64,000 nucleotides of DNA from Myxococcales bacterium. GTDB lineage: Bacteria > Myxococcota_A > Polyangia > Polyangiales > DASUME01. The DNA lies in assembly GCA_047601445.1 (NCBI GenBank), contig JASGJH010000001.1:1984001-2048000 (forward strand). Direction: 5' to 3'. A program made the position numbers and the translations under genes. This document shows, piece by piece, positions 21,231 through 31,590 of this stretch; within the stretch, counting starts at the first letter, position 1, and every line of letters starts with the position of its first letter. The notes beneath the pieces were generated by a model that was given only the letters and a program-made list of their open reading frames with translations, was not told where the DNA came from and did no database searches.

Positions 21231-22742
21231 TCAGTCACGCCCGCGGCACTGCTCGAGGGCTGCGGCGAGGAACCGAGTCACATCGCTAGCCACGAGCCCG
21301 CGATCACCCTGCACGGCGAGTGTGCCCGCCCGTGCGTGCAGCTCGACGCCGGCCCAGGCTGCCTGAAACGGACGCAAGGAGACGGTCAGTGTGGCGATGA
21401 GCCCGGCCAACACATCGCCCGTTCCCGCCGTGCCGAGCGCAGGCGTGCCCGCCGTGCAGACGCGGAGGAGGCCACTCGGCGAGGCGATGACCGTGCGGGC
21501 CCCCTTGAGCACCACGACCTGGCCCGAAGCCTCGGCGAGGCGCTGGGCACTACCGCAGCGGTCGGCCTCGACCGCAGGCACGGTGCAGCCCAGCAGGCGG
21601 GCAGCTTCTCCCGGGTGGGGCGTCAAGACGCGTGGTCCCTTGGCGTACTGCAGCAGATCCACGTCGGTGCCCAGGGCCGTCAGCGCGTCGGCGTCGAGCA
21701 CGCAGGGTACGGGGAGCTGACGTGCGAGCTCGATGGCCAGCGTGCGTTTGTCGGGGGTCAGACCGAAGCCGGGCCCGAGCAGCGCGACGTCGCGCGCTTC
21801 CGCCAGACGCAAGGCATCTGCCAGGGCGTCGTCGTCGGAGAGAGCCTCGGTCATCACCTCCAGCACCTTGTGCTCCAGGACGCGCTGGGTCTCCGCGTCG
21901 CTGGCGATGGTGACGAGTCCCGCGCCCGCGCGCAGCGCCGAGATGGCCGACAGCAAGGCAGCGCCCGTCTTGCCCCGTGACCCCGCCAGGATCAGCACCC
22001 GTCCGTTGGTGCCTTTATGGGCGTCGAGAGGTCGCGGCGTCACCGCACGTGCCACGTCCTCGGGTTCGATGATCCCCCAGGGCTGATCGGGCGCCAGCGG
22101 CACGCCGATGGCCACGCACTCGGAGCGCCCGGCCAGTGCGGCGCCGGGAAACTGGTGCAGGCCTGGCTTGTGGGCGGCGAAGGTGGCCGTGAAGCTGGCG
22201 CGTACGGCTACGCCGCGCACCTGGCCGGTGTCGGCATCCACGCCGCTCGGCAGATCGAGCGCGAACACCGGTCGGCCCGCGTCATTGATGGCGGTGATCG
22301 CGTCGGCGTAGAAACCGGTGATATCGCGATCGAGCCCCGTGCCGAACAGTCCGTCGACCACCAGCGAAGCCTGCGCGAGCTGCACACGCAATGCGTCGAG
22401 GGACCCCTGACAAATCTCGGGCTCGAGGCCCAACGCACGCAGCGCCTGTAGATTGACGGCGGCGTCTCCCTGGACCTTCGCGGGATCGCCCACCAACACG
22501 CAGCGCGGCCGAATGCCTCGCAAGGCGAGCTGACGGGCCACCACCCAGGCATCCCCGCCGTTTTGTCCGACCCCGCCCACGATGAGCACGCGTTCGAGCG
22601 CGGCCCCGGAGAACTCCCGCATGAGCAGCTGCGCCGCGCCGAGGCCTGCGTTCTCCATCAGCACCACACCGGGCACCTTCAACCGCTCGATCGCGTCGCG
22701 GTCGAGCGCACGCACGGCATCGCGCCTCAGCAAGGGTTTCAC
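21231..22742 (-). CDS. nnr: Bifunctional NAD(P)H-hydrate epimerase/dehydratase (YjeF, NnrE-NnrD)
   Basis: LMENAG, GQNGGD, DGLFGTG, LDLPSG, HKGTNG, LTPHPGEA and GTGDVLAG. Confidence 0.95.
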   Translation of the reverse strand: MKPLLRRDAVRALDRDAIERLKVPGVVLMENAGLGAAQLLMREFSGAALERVLIVGGVGQNGGDAWVVARQLALRGIRPRCVLVGDPAKVQGDAAVNLQALRALGLEPEICQGSLDALRVQLAQASLVVDGLFGTGLDRDITGFYADAITAINDAGRPVFALDLPSGVDADTGQVRGVAVRASFTATFAAHKPGLHQFPGAALAGRSECVAIGVPLAPDQPWGIIEPEDVARAVTPRPLDAHKGTNGRVLILAGSRGKTGAALLSAISALRAGAGLVTIASDAETQRVLEHKVLEVMTEALSDDDALADALRLAEARDVALLGPGFGLTPDKRTLAIELARQLPVPCVLDADALTALGTDVDLLQYAKGPRVLTPHPGEAARLLGCTVPAVEADRCGSAQRLAEASGQVVVLKGARTVIASPSGLLRVCTAGTPALGTAGTGDVLAGLIATLTVSLRPFQAAWAGVELHARAGTLAVQGDRGLVASDVTRFLAAALEQCRGRD

Positions 22743-22748
22743 GGGACC

Positions 22749-24987
22749 TCAGGGCTTGTAGCGGCGCGCGAGCAGCTCGCCCAGCGCGTCGCGCAGACTG
22801 TCACGATTGTAGCCGTATCGCGCGTAGAGTCGCTCGCTGGCAGCCTTGGCCAACTCGGCGCGATCGTGGCTCAACCCATCCTGCGCTTCGTCCGCCAGCC
22901 GCCGCATGATGTCCTGGCCGATCTCCTGCAGATGCTTGCGACGGTCCGCGAAGTAGGCCTCCTTGAGGCGCTCCAGGTGACGTGGGAAGACCTTGCCGTA
23001 CTCCACCTTGTCGCCCGGATGATCGATGGCGTAGCCGGCGATGGCGTTGATGAGGCCGCGCCGGAACGTGTCGGTGTTGCTGCCCGCGCCGAGCGTCTTC
23101 TCCACGCTGGCCATCATCTCGCGATCGGGCTCCTCGTTGACGCCCGTCACACGGTTGAACACGCGCTCGCCCTTGATGTAGTGGGATACGTGGGTGATGT
23201 AGCGATCGAAGAGCTCCCCATAGCGAGCCTCCTCTACCAAGCCCGTCGAGTCGCGGAATTCGCGGTCCACCCGGTCGAGCCAGCGCTCGCGCACCTGCTC
23301 GATAAAGCCGGCGTGGTCGTGATAGCCCGCCGAGGGAGTCTCCCGCAGGAAGCCGTAGTCTCCGCCCCGGCACAGCGCGCGGATGCACGAGAGCACGGCG
23401 AGCGGTGAGAGGCAGCTGTACTCGGGGTGTTGTGAGGCATCGAGCAGCAGCGTGCGCATTTCGCGTGGCGAGGCACCCGTGAGTCCCTCGTAGACGGCGG
23501 CCTGCTCGGCTTCGGTGATGATCTCCTTGATGCCGTTCTTGAGGCGCAACGTCTCGTCGGCGCCCATGCGCTTGGGGGTGATGCCGTCCGCGTAGAGCTC
23601 GGCTTTCTCCATGGGCGTGAGGTCTGCGGCGAGCGAGCCGAGCTGCCGGTCGGCGTAGCGCTCCGGGTCCGCCCGGCGCAGGCGCGAGAGCACCGCCCAC
23701 AGGGCGCCGATGTACATCGCGTGCGGGGCCACGTGGACGCGAACCTGCGAGGCGATTCTGAGTCTCGTAGATGCGCTGTTCCTGGCGGTAGTCGCGCAAG
23801 TAGGGAACGCGCACGAGCTGGATGCGGCCGCGGAACGAGTGGTAGTCCGGGTGCTCCTTGAACGCATTGAGATGCAGCTCGTTGGAGCTCGCCATCATGA
23901 CCGCGTTGATGGGCAGGGTCGAAAACGTGAGCGACACCTCACCGGTCTCGATGGCCAACAGGAGGTACTTCCAGGCGTCGAGCGGACGCTTCAAGAGATC
24001 GCTGTACTCGAGCAAGCCTCCGGAGGCGTCGACCAGCTCGCCGTAGGGTTCGAACATGGTCAGTGAGCTGAGCGAGGCGGGGAGCGCGTTGAGTGAGGTG
24101 TCGGCCGTGAGCTGACGTTCACTGGCGTCGACGGCCATCTGCGGGCCGATGGTGACGGCGCCGGTGCGATAGCGGCGCGAGATGGTGTAACGCTCCACCT
24201 GCACGTGGGCGAGGACGCGCGCCAGATCTCCGCGGTAGGCCGTGAGCAGCGCCTCGAAGATTTGGCGATTCTTTTGGCCGAGCTGGCCGCGCAAGATGCC
24301 GAACGGTGGCGCCTCTCCGAGGTCGCGGGCGCGGAACGCCTGGTCGACCAGGGCAGTGCGCTCGTTGAGCGGCACGAGCAAGAGCGGGTGCTCCCGCAGC
24401 GGGCTGCGCAACTTCACGTCGACCCGCCCCTCGGGGAGGTGCGCATAGGTCTCGCCGGGCCGCGGTCCGTCGTCGCGTGAACCGAAGCCGATGGTCTTGC
24501 CATCGGTGCCGCGCGGGAAGATCCAGGAGAAGCGGTAGAGCGAGCCCTCGGGTTGCTTCGAATAGTGCTCCAGGGCGCGCATGATGCAGGCGGCGAAGGT
24601 GCTCTTCGCGCTGCCGTTGGGCCCGTGCAAGAGCAAGAGACGGTTGGCGCGGCCCTCGCGCACGAAGTTCGAGAGCGCACGGAAGAACGCGAGCTGGATG
24701 GACTCGTGACCCACCAAGAAGTCGCTCGGGCTCAGTCCTTCCTCGCGCTCGAACTCGAGGTCGAACAACTTGAAACGGGTGAGCTGTCCCCAGGGACGGT
24801 GCACCTCGTAGGTGCCGTAGTACTCGAAGCAATCATGCAGGTAGCGCGCGGCGTCGCGCGAGTGCCGATAGGGATGTTGCGCGAACTCATCCAGGTACTC
24901 GCTGAACGACAGCACGCGCTTCTCGGCGTCGAATCGCTCCCGAACCCGTGCTCCGATGCGTTCGAGCTCATGCTTCAGGTCAGCCAT
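22749..24987 (-). CDS. prkA: PrkA/YeaG-family AAA serine kinase; +1 frameshift at ~23756
   Basis: LLLLHGPNGSAKST Walker A, EHPLLL and GELVDASGGLLEYSDLLKRP. After CAG A ATC the second frame continues VHVAPH..WAVLSRL..EGLTGASPRE. Confidence 0.88.
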
Positions 24988-25040
24988 GCCTTGAGCTTAC
25001 ACCTCCAAGGCGAGACGGGCGTGACCTTGTTTGGAAGGCG

Positions 25041-25547
25041 CTACTGAACCTTGAGCGCCACGGCGACCGTGCGCTGATCCGGCACGCAGGTTTCCTTGGT
25101 GCAGACCGCGAAATCCACCGTAGCGAGCAGCTCGTGCGTGCCGGGCTCGGCCGAGAAGCCGAGATCGAAGCGGGCGCGCTCCTGGCCGATTTGGGCGGCG
25201 TCGGCCTTGCCGAGAGAGCCCTTGGTGAGCTTCACCGCCGACGGTGCCTTGAGATCCACCCGCAAGGGATAGTCCTCGTTCACGTGGTAGCCGCCGCGCG
25301 CTTCCAGCACGAGCTGCACACTGCCGGCTTGGCCGGCGGTGTAGGTGGGCTGGCTCTCGAGGGCCAGGTGAAAGCTGGTGTCGTCGATGCTCGGCTTGGG
25401 AGGCTCCGCCTTCTTCTCGGCAGGCGCAGCCGCAGCCGGCGGGCTCACTTCCGGAGCGGCGGCCGCGGGGGGCTGGGATTCCTGTCCAGAGCAGGCCGAA
25501 AGGCCGGCGAGACACAGGGCGGAGACGGCGATTCTCAGGGTGCTCAT
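25041..25547 (-). CDS. Lipoprotein with DsbD N-terminal-like Ig domain
   Basis: Lipobox LSAC; GYHVNEDYP and FAVCTKETCVP (C-x4-C). Confidence 0.65.
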   Translation of the reverse strand: MSTLRIAVSALCLAGLSACSGQESQPPAAAAPEVSPPAAAAPAEKKAEPPKPSIDDTSFHLALESQPTYTAGQAGSVQLVLEARGGYHVNEDYPLRVDLKAPSAVKLTKGSLGKADAAQIGQERARFDLGFSAEPGTHELLATVDFAVCTKETCVPDQRTVAVALKVQ

Positions 25548-25585
25548 GCGGGCAGTCTAGTCCACACACCCAGGTGCGCCTCGTA

Positions 25586-26230
25586 CTAGTTGTTGTGCAC
25601 GATCACGCGCTCTTCGGGTTCCCCCCCGGAGGAGCTACGCGGGCGCACGCGCGTGACGGCGCCTTCGGTCTCCGTGAGGACTTCTTCGCTGGCCGGGGAG
25701 AGGTGAAAGAATGCCTTGGGTTCCCCGTGTTCGTCTGGAGCCCACTTCACGAAGGCCACGTATTTGTGCTCGGACAGGCGCTGGATCGCTTGATCCACGC
25801 TGGCGAACCCGGCGGCGCTCGCGTCGGTCGCTAGCTCAAGCTCGTCGGAAGGTCCCTTGCCCGAGATGACCCGGTCGACGTGGGCCGCGATGCGATGCGT
25901 GACGCGCTGGTCGGGTGCGGTGTCCGTGCGCAGCGTGCGCACCGAAATCAGTGCCACCAAGTCCGAGTCGCGCACGCGCTGATCGAGCTCGGTGCTCCAG
26001 TCGTCGCGCCAGCGTCCTTCGAGGCCTTCGGGCTTGGCGATGAAGTCCACGCCGCGCTCGAACAGGTGCGCGTCGGCCGAGGACAGCGGCGCGGCCTGGG
26101 TGGTAGGCGAGGAGCTCGTTTTGTGGCACGCGCTCGCGCCCATCGCGGCGATGCTCAGCAGCAGCGTCGCCGCACGGGCCCCTGCGTGAGATCGGTGGGA
26201 CAGGTGGGGCGTTGGCAATTTCCGTTGCAT
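25586..26230 (-). CDS. Hypothetical lipoprotein
   Basis: Hydrophobic stretch followed by ASAC lipobox-like motif; codon bias consistent with coding. Confidence 0.65.
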   Translation of the reverse strand: MQRKLPTPHLSHRSHAGARAATLLLSIAAMGASACHKTSSSPTTQAAPLSSADAHLFERGVDFIAKPEGLEGRWRDDWSTELDQRVRDSDLVALISVRTLRTDTAPDQRVTHRIAAHVDRVISGKGPSDELELATDASAAGFASVDQAIQRLSEHKYVAFVKWAPDEHGEPKAFFHLSPASEEVLTETEGAVTRVRPRSSSGGEPEERVIVHNN

Positions 26231-26285
26231 CGAAGTCCACTGTACGTGGCGATTACAAACAGTTCAACGGTGCCCCAGCGTGCGG

Positions 26286-27314
26286 TCACGGTGCGGGAGG
26301 CGGCGCGGCGTCATCGTGCGCGCGGGATGCCCCCTGCCCGAGCTTGTTCCAAAGCGCCACAAGGTCAGGACTGAGCGGAGCCTCGAGCTGCATCGGCGCG
26401 CCGCTCAAAGGATGTTGAAATGAGAGCTTGTGCGCATGAAGCGCATGTCGCTCGTGTCCCAAACGTGCGATCAGCTCCGGCGTCAACCCGGTCTCGATCA
26501 CCTCGAGGAAGGGAGCCTCACGCTCGGGACCATAGAGCTTGTCTCCCACGATGGGGTGCCCGATGGCGGAGAGATGGACGCGCAGTTGATGTTGCCTCCC
26601 CGTGTGCGGGAAGAGCTCAACCAAGCTGTGGCCAGGCACGCGGGCGCGTACGCGATACTCCGTGACCGCGGCGAGCCCCCCGCGGCGGACCTCCATCAGG
26701 ATGTGAAGCCCCTGGCTGGCGCGCTCCATGGCGAGGTCGATGGTGCCCTGATCGCCCTTCATTTCGCCGCTGACGATGGCCAGATACGTCTTCTGCATAC
26801 GGCGATTTTCGAAGGCGTACTTGAGCATGCGCTCGTGCTCGAGCGTCTTGGCGCACAGCAACAGCCCGCTGGTCTCGCGATCGAGGCGGTGCGCGATGCG
26901 CGGCGCCTGCTCGGCCCCATAGGTCTCGCGCAGGATGAAGGAGACCGTGTTGCGGTGGTAGCTGGCAGAGGGATGCACGGGCAGGCCCGGCGGCTTGTTG
27001 ATCGCGAGCATCGCTTCGTCCTGGTAGACGATGGGCAAGTCGCGGGGTGCGCTGGGCTCCTCGAAGGGGGGACGTACCAGGTAGACCGTTTCCCCCGTGC
27101 GCACGAGGTCGCTGGCACGCTTGCGCTGGCCGGCTTCACTGTAGGCGCAGGCCTTCACGATCTTCTGCGCCCGCGTGCGCGACAGGCGGGGGATTCGGGT
27201 CTGAATGAACAGATCGAGGCGCATGCCGGCAAATTCCGGGGCGACCGGGAATTGCAGGATGATGGAGTTCTCGGCGCAGCCTGGTGGCAGCTTGAACAGT
27301 CCAGCGGATGCCAT
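26286..27314 (-). CDS. RluA/RluD-family pseudouridine synthase
   Basis: S4-like GMRLDLFI, NKPPGLPVHP, HRLDRETSG, TGRQHQLRVH and HPIVGDKLY. Start uncertain. Confidence 0.93.
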   Translation of the reverse strand: MASAGLFKLPPGCAENSIILQFPVAPEFAGMRLDLFIQTRIPRLSRTRAQKIVKACAYSEAGQRKRASDLVRTGETVYLVRPPFEEPSAPRDLPIVYQDEAMLAINKPPGLPVHPSASYHRNTVSFILRETYGAEQAPRIAHRLDRETSGLLLCAKTLEHERMLKYAFENRRMQKTYLAIVSGEMKGDQGTIDLAMERASQGLHILMEVRRGGLAAVTEYRVRARVPGHSLVELFPHTGRQHQLRVHLSAIGHPIVGDKLYGPEREAPFLEVIETGLTPELIARLGHERHALHAHKLSFQHPLSGAPMQLEAPLSPDLVALWNKLGQGASRAHDDAAPPPAP

Positions 27315-27368
27315 AAATGAGGCCGAGTGGGGCCCTAGCATTCGTGGGGTACCCTCGCAAAGTCGACC

Positions 27369-29900
27369 ATGAGCTCTCCCTCTTCCCCCTCCGGACCGCC
27401 TGCTCTCCCAAACGGGACGGCTTCGGGCCGACGGGAGCGTTGGCGCTGGGCGGTGGTGGTGGGCGTACTCGGGGTGCTGGGACTGGTGCTCTGGGGGCTC
27501 TTTGGCGGTGCGAAAGCCCCCCCGGCGGAACACGCGACGACCGGAACCCTCCCAACGAGCACGGCAGCCCTCGACGCGGCCGTCCCGGAACCTCCCCGGC
27601 GAGAGCTATCAGGGGATCGCAGCTTGGCCGGATTCGTGCGCGATGATCGCGGCCAGCCGCTGGCGGAAGCGCTCGTGCGCGTCAGCTCCGTGGACGACCC
27701 GGATACCTTGCCCAAGGAGTCGCGCAGCGATGCACAGGGCGCGTTCCGGATCGAGGGGCTGCCGGCCGAGCCCCTGACGATCGAGGCGAGCGCCATCGGT
27801 CACGACACCGTGGAACACGTGGTGCGACCGGAGGATCAGGGCCCGCTGGCGCTCGTGTTGCCGCGTCAGGGTGAGCTCCTGGTGGTGCTGCGGGACAGCC
27901 CAGGGAGGCCGGTGAGCGGGAGCGAGGTGATGGTGACGGGCACGGGGCTGTGGCCGGCCGCCACCTGCACCGCCGACGAGCAAGGCCAGTGTCTGTTCGA
28001 GTCACTGCCAGGCGGGCAGTACCAGGCGCGCGCGCGGCGCGAAGACCGGGTGGGCTTGCCCTCGGCGACGCTCGAGGTGACGCCGGGCCAGCGTGCACGC
28101 CTCGAGCTCACGCTGCAGGAGGGCAGCCGCGTGGAGGGCGTGCTCACTGACAAGGAAGCAGGCCGCGTCATCGCGGGAGCCCGCGTCAGCGTCCAGGACC
28201 TCACGCCGGGGCTCGCGCCCATCGGCGTGATTACCGGGCCCGACGGGGTCTTCGCGGTCGTGGGGCTCTGGCCGGGCAACGTTCGCGTGGAAGCGAGCGC
28301 CGAGGGGTTCGCCCCGGAGAGCGTGGAGCTTCGGCTACCCAGCAAAGACAAGCTCGCCCTCGCGCTCCATGGATTGGCGAGCCTCTCCGGCAGCGTGGTC
28401 GACGAGAGCGGGCGCGGCGTCGCAGGCGTGCTCTTGAGCGTATCGAGTCGCGAAGGCTTGCCGGTCGCTGCGGGCTTGCCGCTGAAGGTCTCGGACGTGC
28501 GGGCCTCGGCGTTGGCCATTGCAGGTGATTTGCCCGGTGAGCTGGGAGTGACCCAGGGACCCGTACCGCGCATCCCGTTGGTGGCGGAACACACCTTCGC
28601 GCTCGGGACCTTGGCCGCAGAGAGCGCCGCGGACGGCGCGTTTCGCATCGAGGGGCTCAAGCCCGGTAGCATCGTGCTGCGCGCGAGCCGGCCAGGCTAT
28701 GCACCGGTGACGTTGACGCCCGAACCGCTCGCGCCTCACGCTGAACGCAGAGACGTGCGCATCGTGCTGCGCGAAGCGGGCCGCGTGGAAGGACGCGTCT
28801 ACGACGCACGCGAGCGTGGCGTAGGTGGCGTGTACGTGGCTGCGTTTCAGGGCGACCAGGCAGAGCAGACGGGACTGACGGACGAGCGGGGCGAGTTCGT
28901 GCTGCGCGATCTGTTGGGACCCGTGACGGTGCGCGTGCAACCCGAAGGACGCGATCCGCTGGTGTGCGAAGTCAACGTTCCAGCGCGGGGCGTGGCACGC
29001 TGCAATGTCTCGATCGCGAGCGAGCTATTCCGCCTGCCCGTGCGCGTGGTCGATGACTACGGTTTCGGCCTCGATGGGGCCGTGGTGAGCCTCAAATCCG
29101 CCGAATCGAAGCGCGCCTTCACGCAGGTAAGCCAGCGCGACGGCCGCGTGCAGTTGCGCGAGCTCCCCGCCCCCCCCTACCTGCTAGGCGTGGAGCTCAC
29201 CGGCTACCTGCCTTTGGTCGACGAGCCCGTCGATCGTGCGGAGCAAGAAGTGCGCGTCACGCTGCGCAAGTCCGCCAAGCTCGCCGGCACCGTGGTCGAT
29301 GCCATCGGCCATCCCGTGCCGGGTGCCTTCGTCAGCACCGACGATGGCGACGCGACCACCGAGACCGACGAGCATGGTGCCTTCGCCCTGACGCAGGTCG
29401 CACCCGGCGCGTTGACCGTGTGGGCGGCGCATCCGGAGGTGGGCGAAGGACGCAGCGCGGAGGTGCGAGCGCGAGCCGGTGAAACGTTGGCCAGCCTGCG
29501 CGTCGTGCTGCCCAAGCACTACAGCGGCGAGACGCGCAAGGAGACCGAGACGCATAAGGAGACCGAGACGCCTCGGACCCAGCCACGCGAGCGCGAAACC
29601 AGCAGCGAAGCCCCCGAGGAAACCAGGGCCACGCCGACCCGTGCCCCCGAAAAACCCGCGGACTTCACCATGGAACAGCGCCCCAATGCCGTGGTCGTGG
29701 CGGCGGTGGCGCCGAACGGCGCAGCAGCGCGGGCGGGCATGCGGGTGGGCGACGTGCTGGCCGCCATCGACGGCGAAGACGTGCTCTCGGTGGCGCACGC
29801 GCGCGGCATGCTGCGCGACCCGCCGAACACCAATGCCCGCGTGCGTCTGCTGCGCAGCCGCCAACCGATCAACGTGCGCTACCGACGTCCGGGGCTGTGA
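27369..29900 (+). CDS. Membrane-anchored protein with repeated carboxypeptidase-regulatory-like (CarboxypepD_reg) domains and a C-terminal PDZ domain
   Basis: N-terminal TM, repeated GxVxDxxGxPxxGAxV/DxxGxFxxxxL units, C-terminal AARAGMRVGDVLAAIDG. Confidence 0.85.
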   Translation: MSSPSSPSGPPALPNGTASGRRERWRWAVVVGVLGVLGLVLWGLFGGAKAPPAEHATTGTLPTSTAALDAAVPEPPRRELSGDRSLAGFVRDDRGQPLAEALVRVSSVDDPDTLPKESRSDAQGAFRIEGLPAEPLTIEASAIGHDTVEHVVRPEDQGPLALVLPRQGELLVVLRDSPGRPVSGSEVMVTGTGLWPAATCTADEQGQCLFESLPGGQYQARARREDRVGLPSATLEVTPGQRARLELTLQEGSRVEGVLTDKEAGRVIAGARVSVQDLTPGLAPIGVITGPDGVFAVVGLWPGNVRVEASAEGFAPESVELRLPSKDKLALALHGLASLSGSVVDESGRGVAGVLLSVSSREGLPVAAGLPLKVSDVRASALAIAGDLPGELGVTQGPVPRIPLVAEHTFALGTLAAESAADGAFRIEGLKPGSIVLRASRPGYAPVTLTPEPLAPHAERRDVRIVLREAGRVEGRVYDARERGVGGVYVAAFQGDQAEQTGLTDERGEFVLRDLLGPVTVRVQPEGRDPLVCEVNVPARGVARCNVSIASELFRLPVRVVDDYGFGLDGAVVSLKSAESKRAFTQVSQRDGRVQLRELPAPPYLLGVELTGYLPLVDEPVDRAEQEVRVTLRKSAKLAGTVVDAIGHPVPGAFVSTDDGDATTETDEHGAFALTQVAPGALTVWAAHPEVGEGRSAEVRARAGETLASLRVVLPKHYSGETRKETETHKETETPRTQPRERETSSEAPEETRATPTRAPEKPADFTMEQRPNAVVVAAVAPNGAAARAGMRVGDVLAAIDGEDVLSVAHARGMLRDPPNTNARVRLLRSRQPINVRYRRPGL
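29529..29571. repeat. 18-bp tandem repeat (~2.4 copies) in a low-complexity linker (ETRKET-ETHKET-ET)
   Basis: GAGACGCGCAAGGAGACC / GAGACGCATAAGGAGACC / GAGACGC. Confidence 0.75.
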
Positions 29901-29918
29901 GCCCGGCGGCGGGGCCCA

Positions 29919-30770
29919 TCAGGAGGCGAGCCAGGTGTCGCCGCGCCTGACCGCACACCCTTCCCGCTCGAGCTTGATCAGGTGAGCCTCGGCAGAGAGC
30001 CGCGCCAGGGGCCAAGCGAACTTGGACGTGTCGGCGTAGGCGACTGGCAAGAGCTCCTCGACGTGGGCCTCCTTGCCGAACTCACGCAGCGCCTCGAGCA
30101 CCTTGGCTTCGCGCGCGAGGCGGTGCTTGATGTAGAAGCTCAAGCGCTCTTGCGGGTCGAGGATGGGCAGACCATGGGCGGGCAAGAGCTGGCTCGGCGC
30201 GAGGCGCTGCATGGCCGCGAGCGAGTCCAGGTAGAGCTGCATGTCGCCGTCGCGAACGTCCACCAGGATGGTGCCGACCGAGGCCACCATGTCCCCCGCG
30301 ATCAAGGCGCCCGATTGTTTGGCCAGGAAGCATAAATGACCTGGCGCATGTCCCGGCGTGTGGATGACCTCGAGCGACAGCGCGGTGGGCCCGTCGAGCT
30401 CGATGTGTTCGCCTCCCTCGAGCACGCGCGCGATGGGCACCGCGGCTCCGAGGCGCTGCTGCGTGCCGGCGTGAGCCCATAGCGGCACACCAAGGCGCTG
30501 TGCCATGGCGACCGCGCCGCCCACATGGTCAGGATGATGATGGGTAAGCAAAATGGCCCGCAGCCGCAGACCGCTCTGCACGCGCTCCTCGACCCAGCCG
30601 CTCAAACGCGCGATCTCGTCGGGGAACGGGGAGGCGGGCTCCACCAACACGCACTCGCGCGTGCCAACCAAGTAGGAATTCGTGTGGGTCGCCGGCGGTA
30701 GCGTGGGCGTGCGAACCGAGAGCATGGAGATGCCCTCGGCCACCTGCATCGGCACCACGGCTTCGTTCAT
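29919..30770 (-). CDS. MBL-fold metallo-hydrolase (LACTB2-like, C-terminal winged helix)
   Basis: THHHPDH, HTPGHAPGH, AGD, LPAHG and AHLIKL. Confidence 0.9.
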   Translation of the reverse strand: MNEAVVPMQVAEGISMLSVRTPTLPPATHTNSYLVGTRECVLVEPASPFPDEIARLSGWVEERVQSGLRLRAILLTHHHPDHVGGAVAMAQRLGVPLWAHAGTQQRLGAAVPIARVLEGGEHIELDGPTALSLEVIHTPGHAPGHLCFLAKQSGALIAGDMVASVGTILVDVRDGDMQLYLDSLAAMQRLAPSQLLPAHGLPILDPQERLSFYIKHRLAREAKVLEALREFGKEAHVEELLPVAYADTSKFAWPLARLSAEAHLIKLEREGCAVRRGDTWLAS

Positions 30771-30777
30771 GGGGAGG

Positions 30778-31539
30778 TCAGGGCGCGGTTCCGAAGCTGG
30801 GGACGCGCGGCGCCTTCGGCACTTCGATGCCCATGCGGTTCGCGTAGTCCCGCACCGCGTCGTTGCCGGCAGCGCCCATGGCCGCCACCGGGAACATGCT
30901 CGAATGCAAGGGCGCGGGCAGCATGGAAGCGAGGCGGCCCTCGGGCTTGTCGCTGGGGTCTCCCACCAGGCTCATGCACGACTTCACGATGGCTTTGAAG
31001 GTTTCGAACACGCCTTCGCCCTTGAGCGCGCACGCCTGATGCTCTGGCACCCCGTCGGGCACCGCGAGTGCTTCCTGCAGCTCGTGGATCGGCATGGAGC
31101 TCGGCAGGTCGCGCTTGTTGTACTGGACGACCAACGGCATGCGACTCGGGTCATCCCCCTGCAGCAGCAGGTTCGCCTCCAGGTTGCGGATGCTGGCGAT
31201 GTTGTCGTCGAGGCGCTCGCGCTGGCTGTCCACCACGAACACGATGCCGTCCACGTTGCGAAGGACGAGGCGACGGGTGCGGTCGAGGGCAATCTGCCCA
31301 GGGACCGTGCACAGGTGGAGGCGGACCGTGTAGCCGCGGAACTGTCCCAGGTCGATGGGGAGCAGGTCGAAGAAGAGCGTGCGCTCGCTCTCGGCGTTCA
31401 GCGACACCAACTTGCCACGGTGGGCGGGATTGCTCCGCTTGTGGATCTGCTCGAGGTTCGTGGTCTTACCGCCGAGCCCGGGCCCGTAGTAGACCACCTT
31501 GAACTGAATCTCTCGAGTGGCGTGGTGAATGCGAGGCAT
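30778..31539 (-). CDS. MglA-family small GTPase paralog with C-terminal extension
   Basis: KVVYYGPGLGGKTTNL, ERTLFFDLLP, TVPGQ, VDGIVFVVDS and QYNKRDL. Confidence 0.92.
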   Translation of the reverse strand: MPRIHHATREIQFKVVYYGPGLGGKTTNLEQIHKRSNPAHRGKLVSLNAESERTLFFDLLPIDLGQFRGYTVRLHLCTVPGQIALDRTRRLVLRNVDGIVFVVDSQRERLDDNIASIRNLEANLLLQGDDPSRMPLVVQYNKRDLPSSMPIHELQEALAVPDGVPEHQACALKGEGVFETFKAIVKSCMSLVGDPSDKPEGRLASMLPAPLHSSMFPVAAMGAAGNDAVRDYANRMGIEVPKAPRVPSFGTAP

Positions 31540-31590
31540 ACCCTGCTCCGGACGACGGGGGTAGATGCTCGCGGAAGCTAGCACGGGCGG

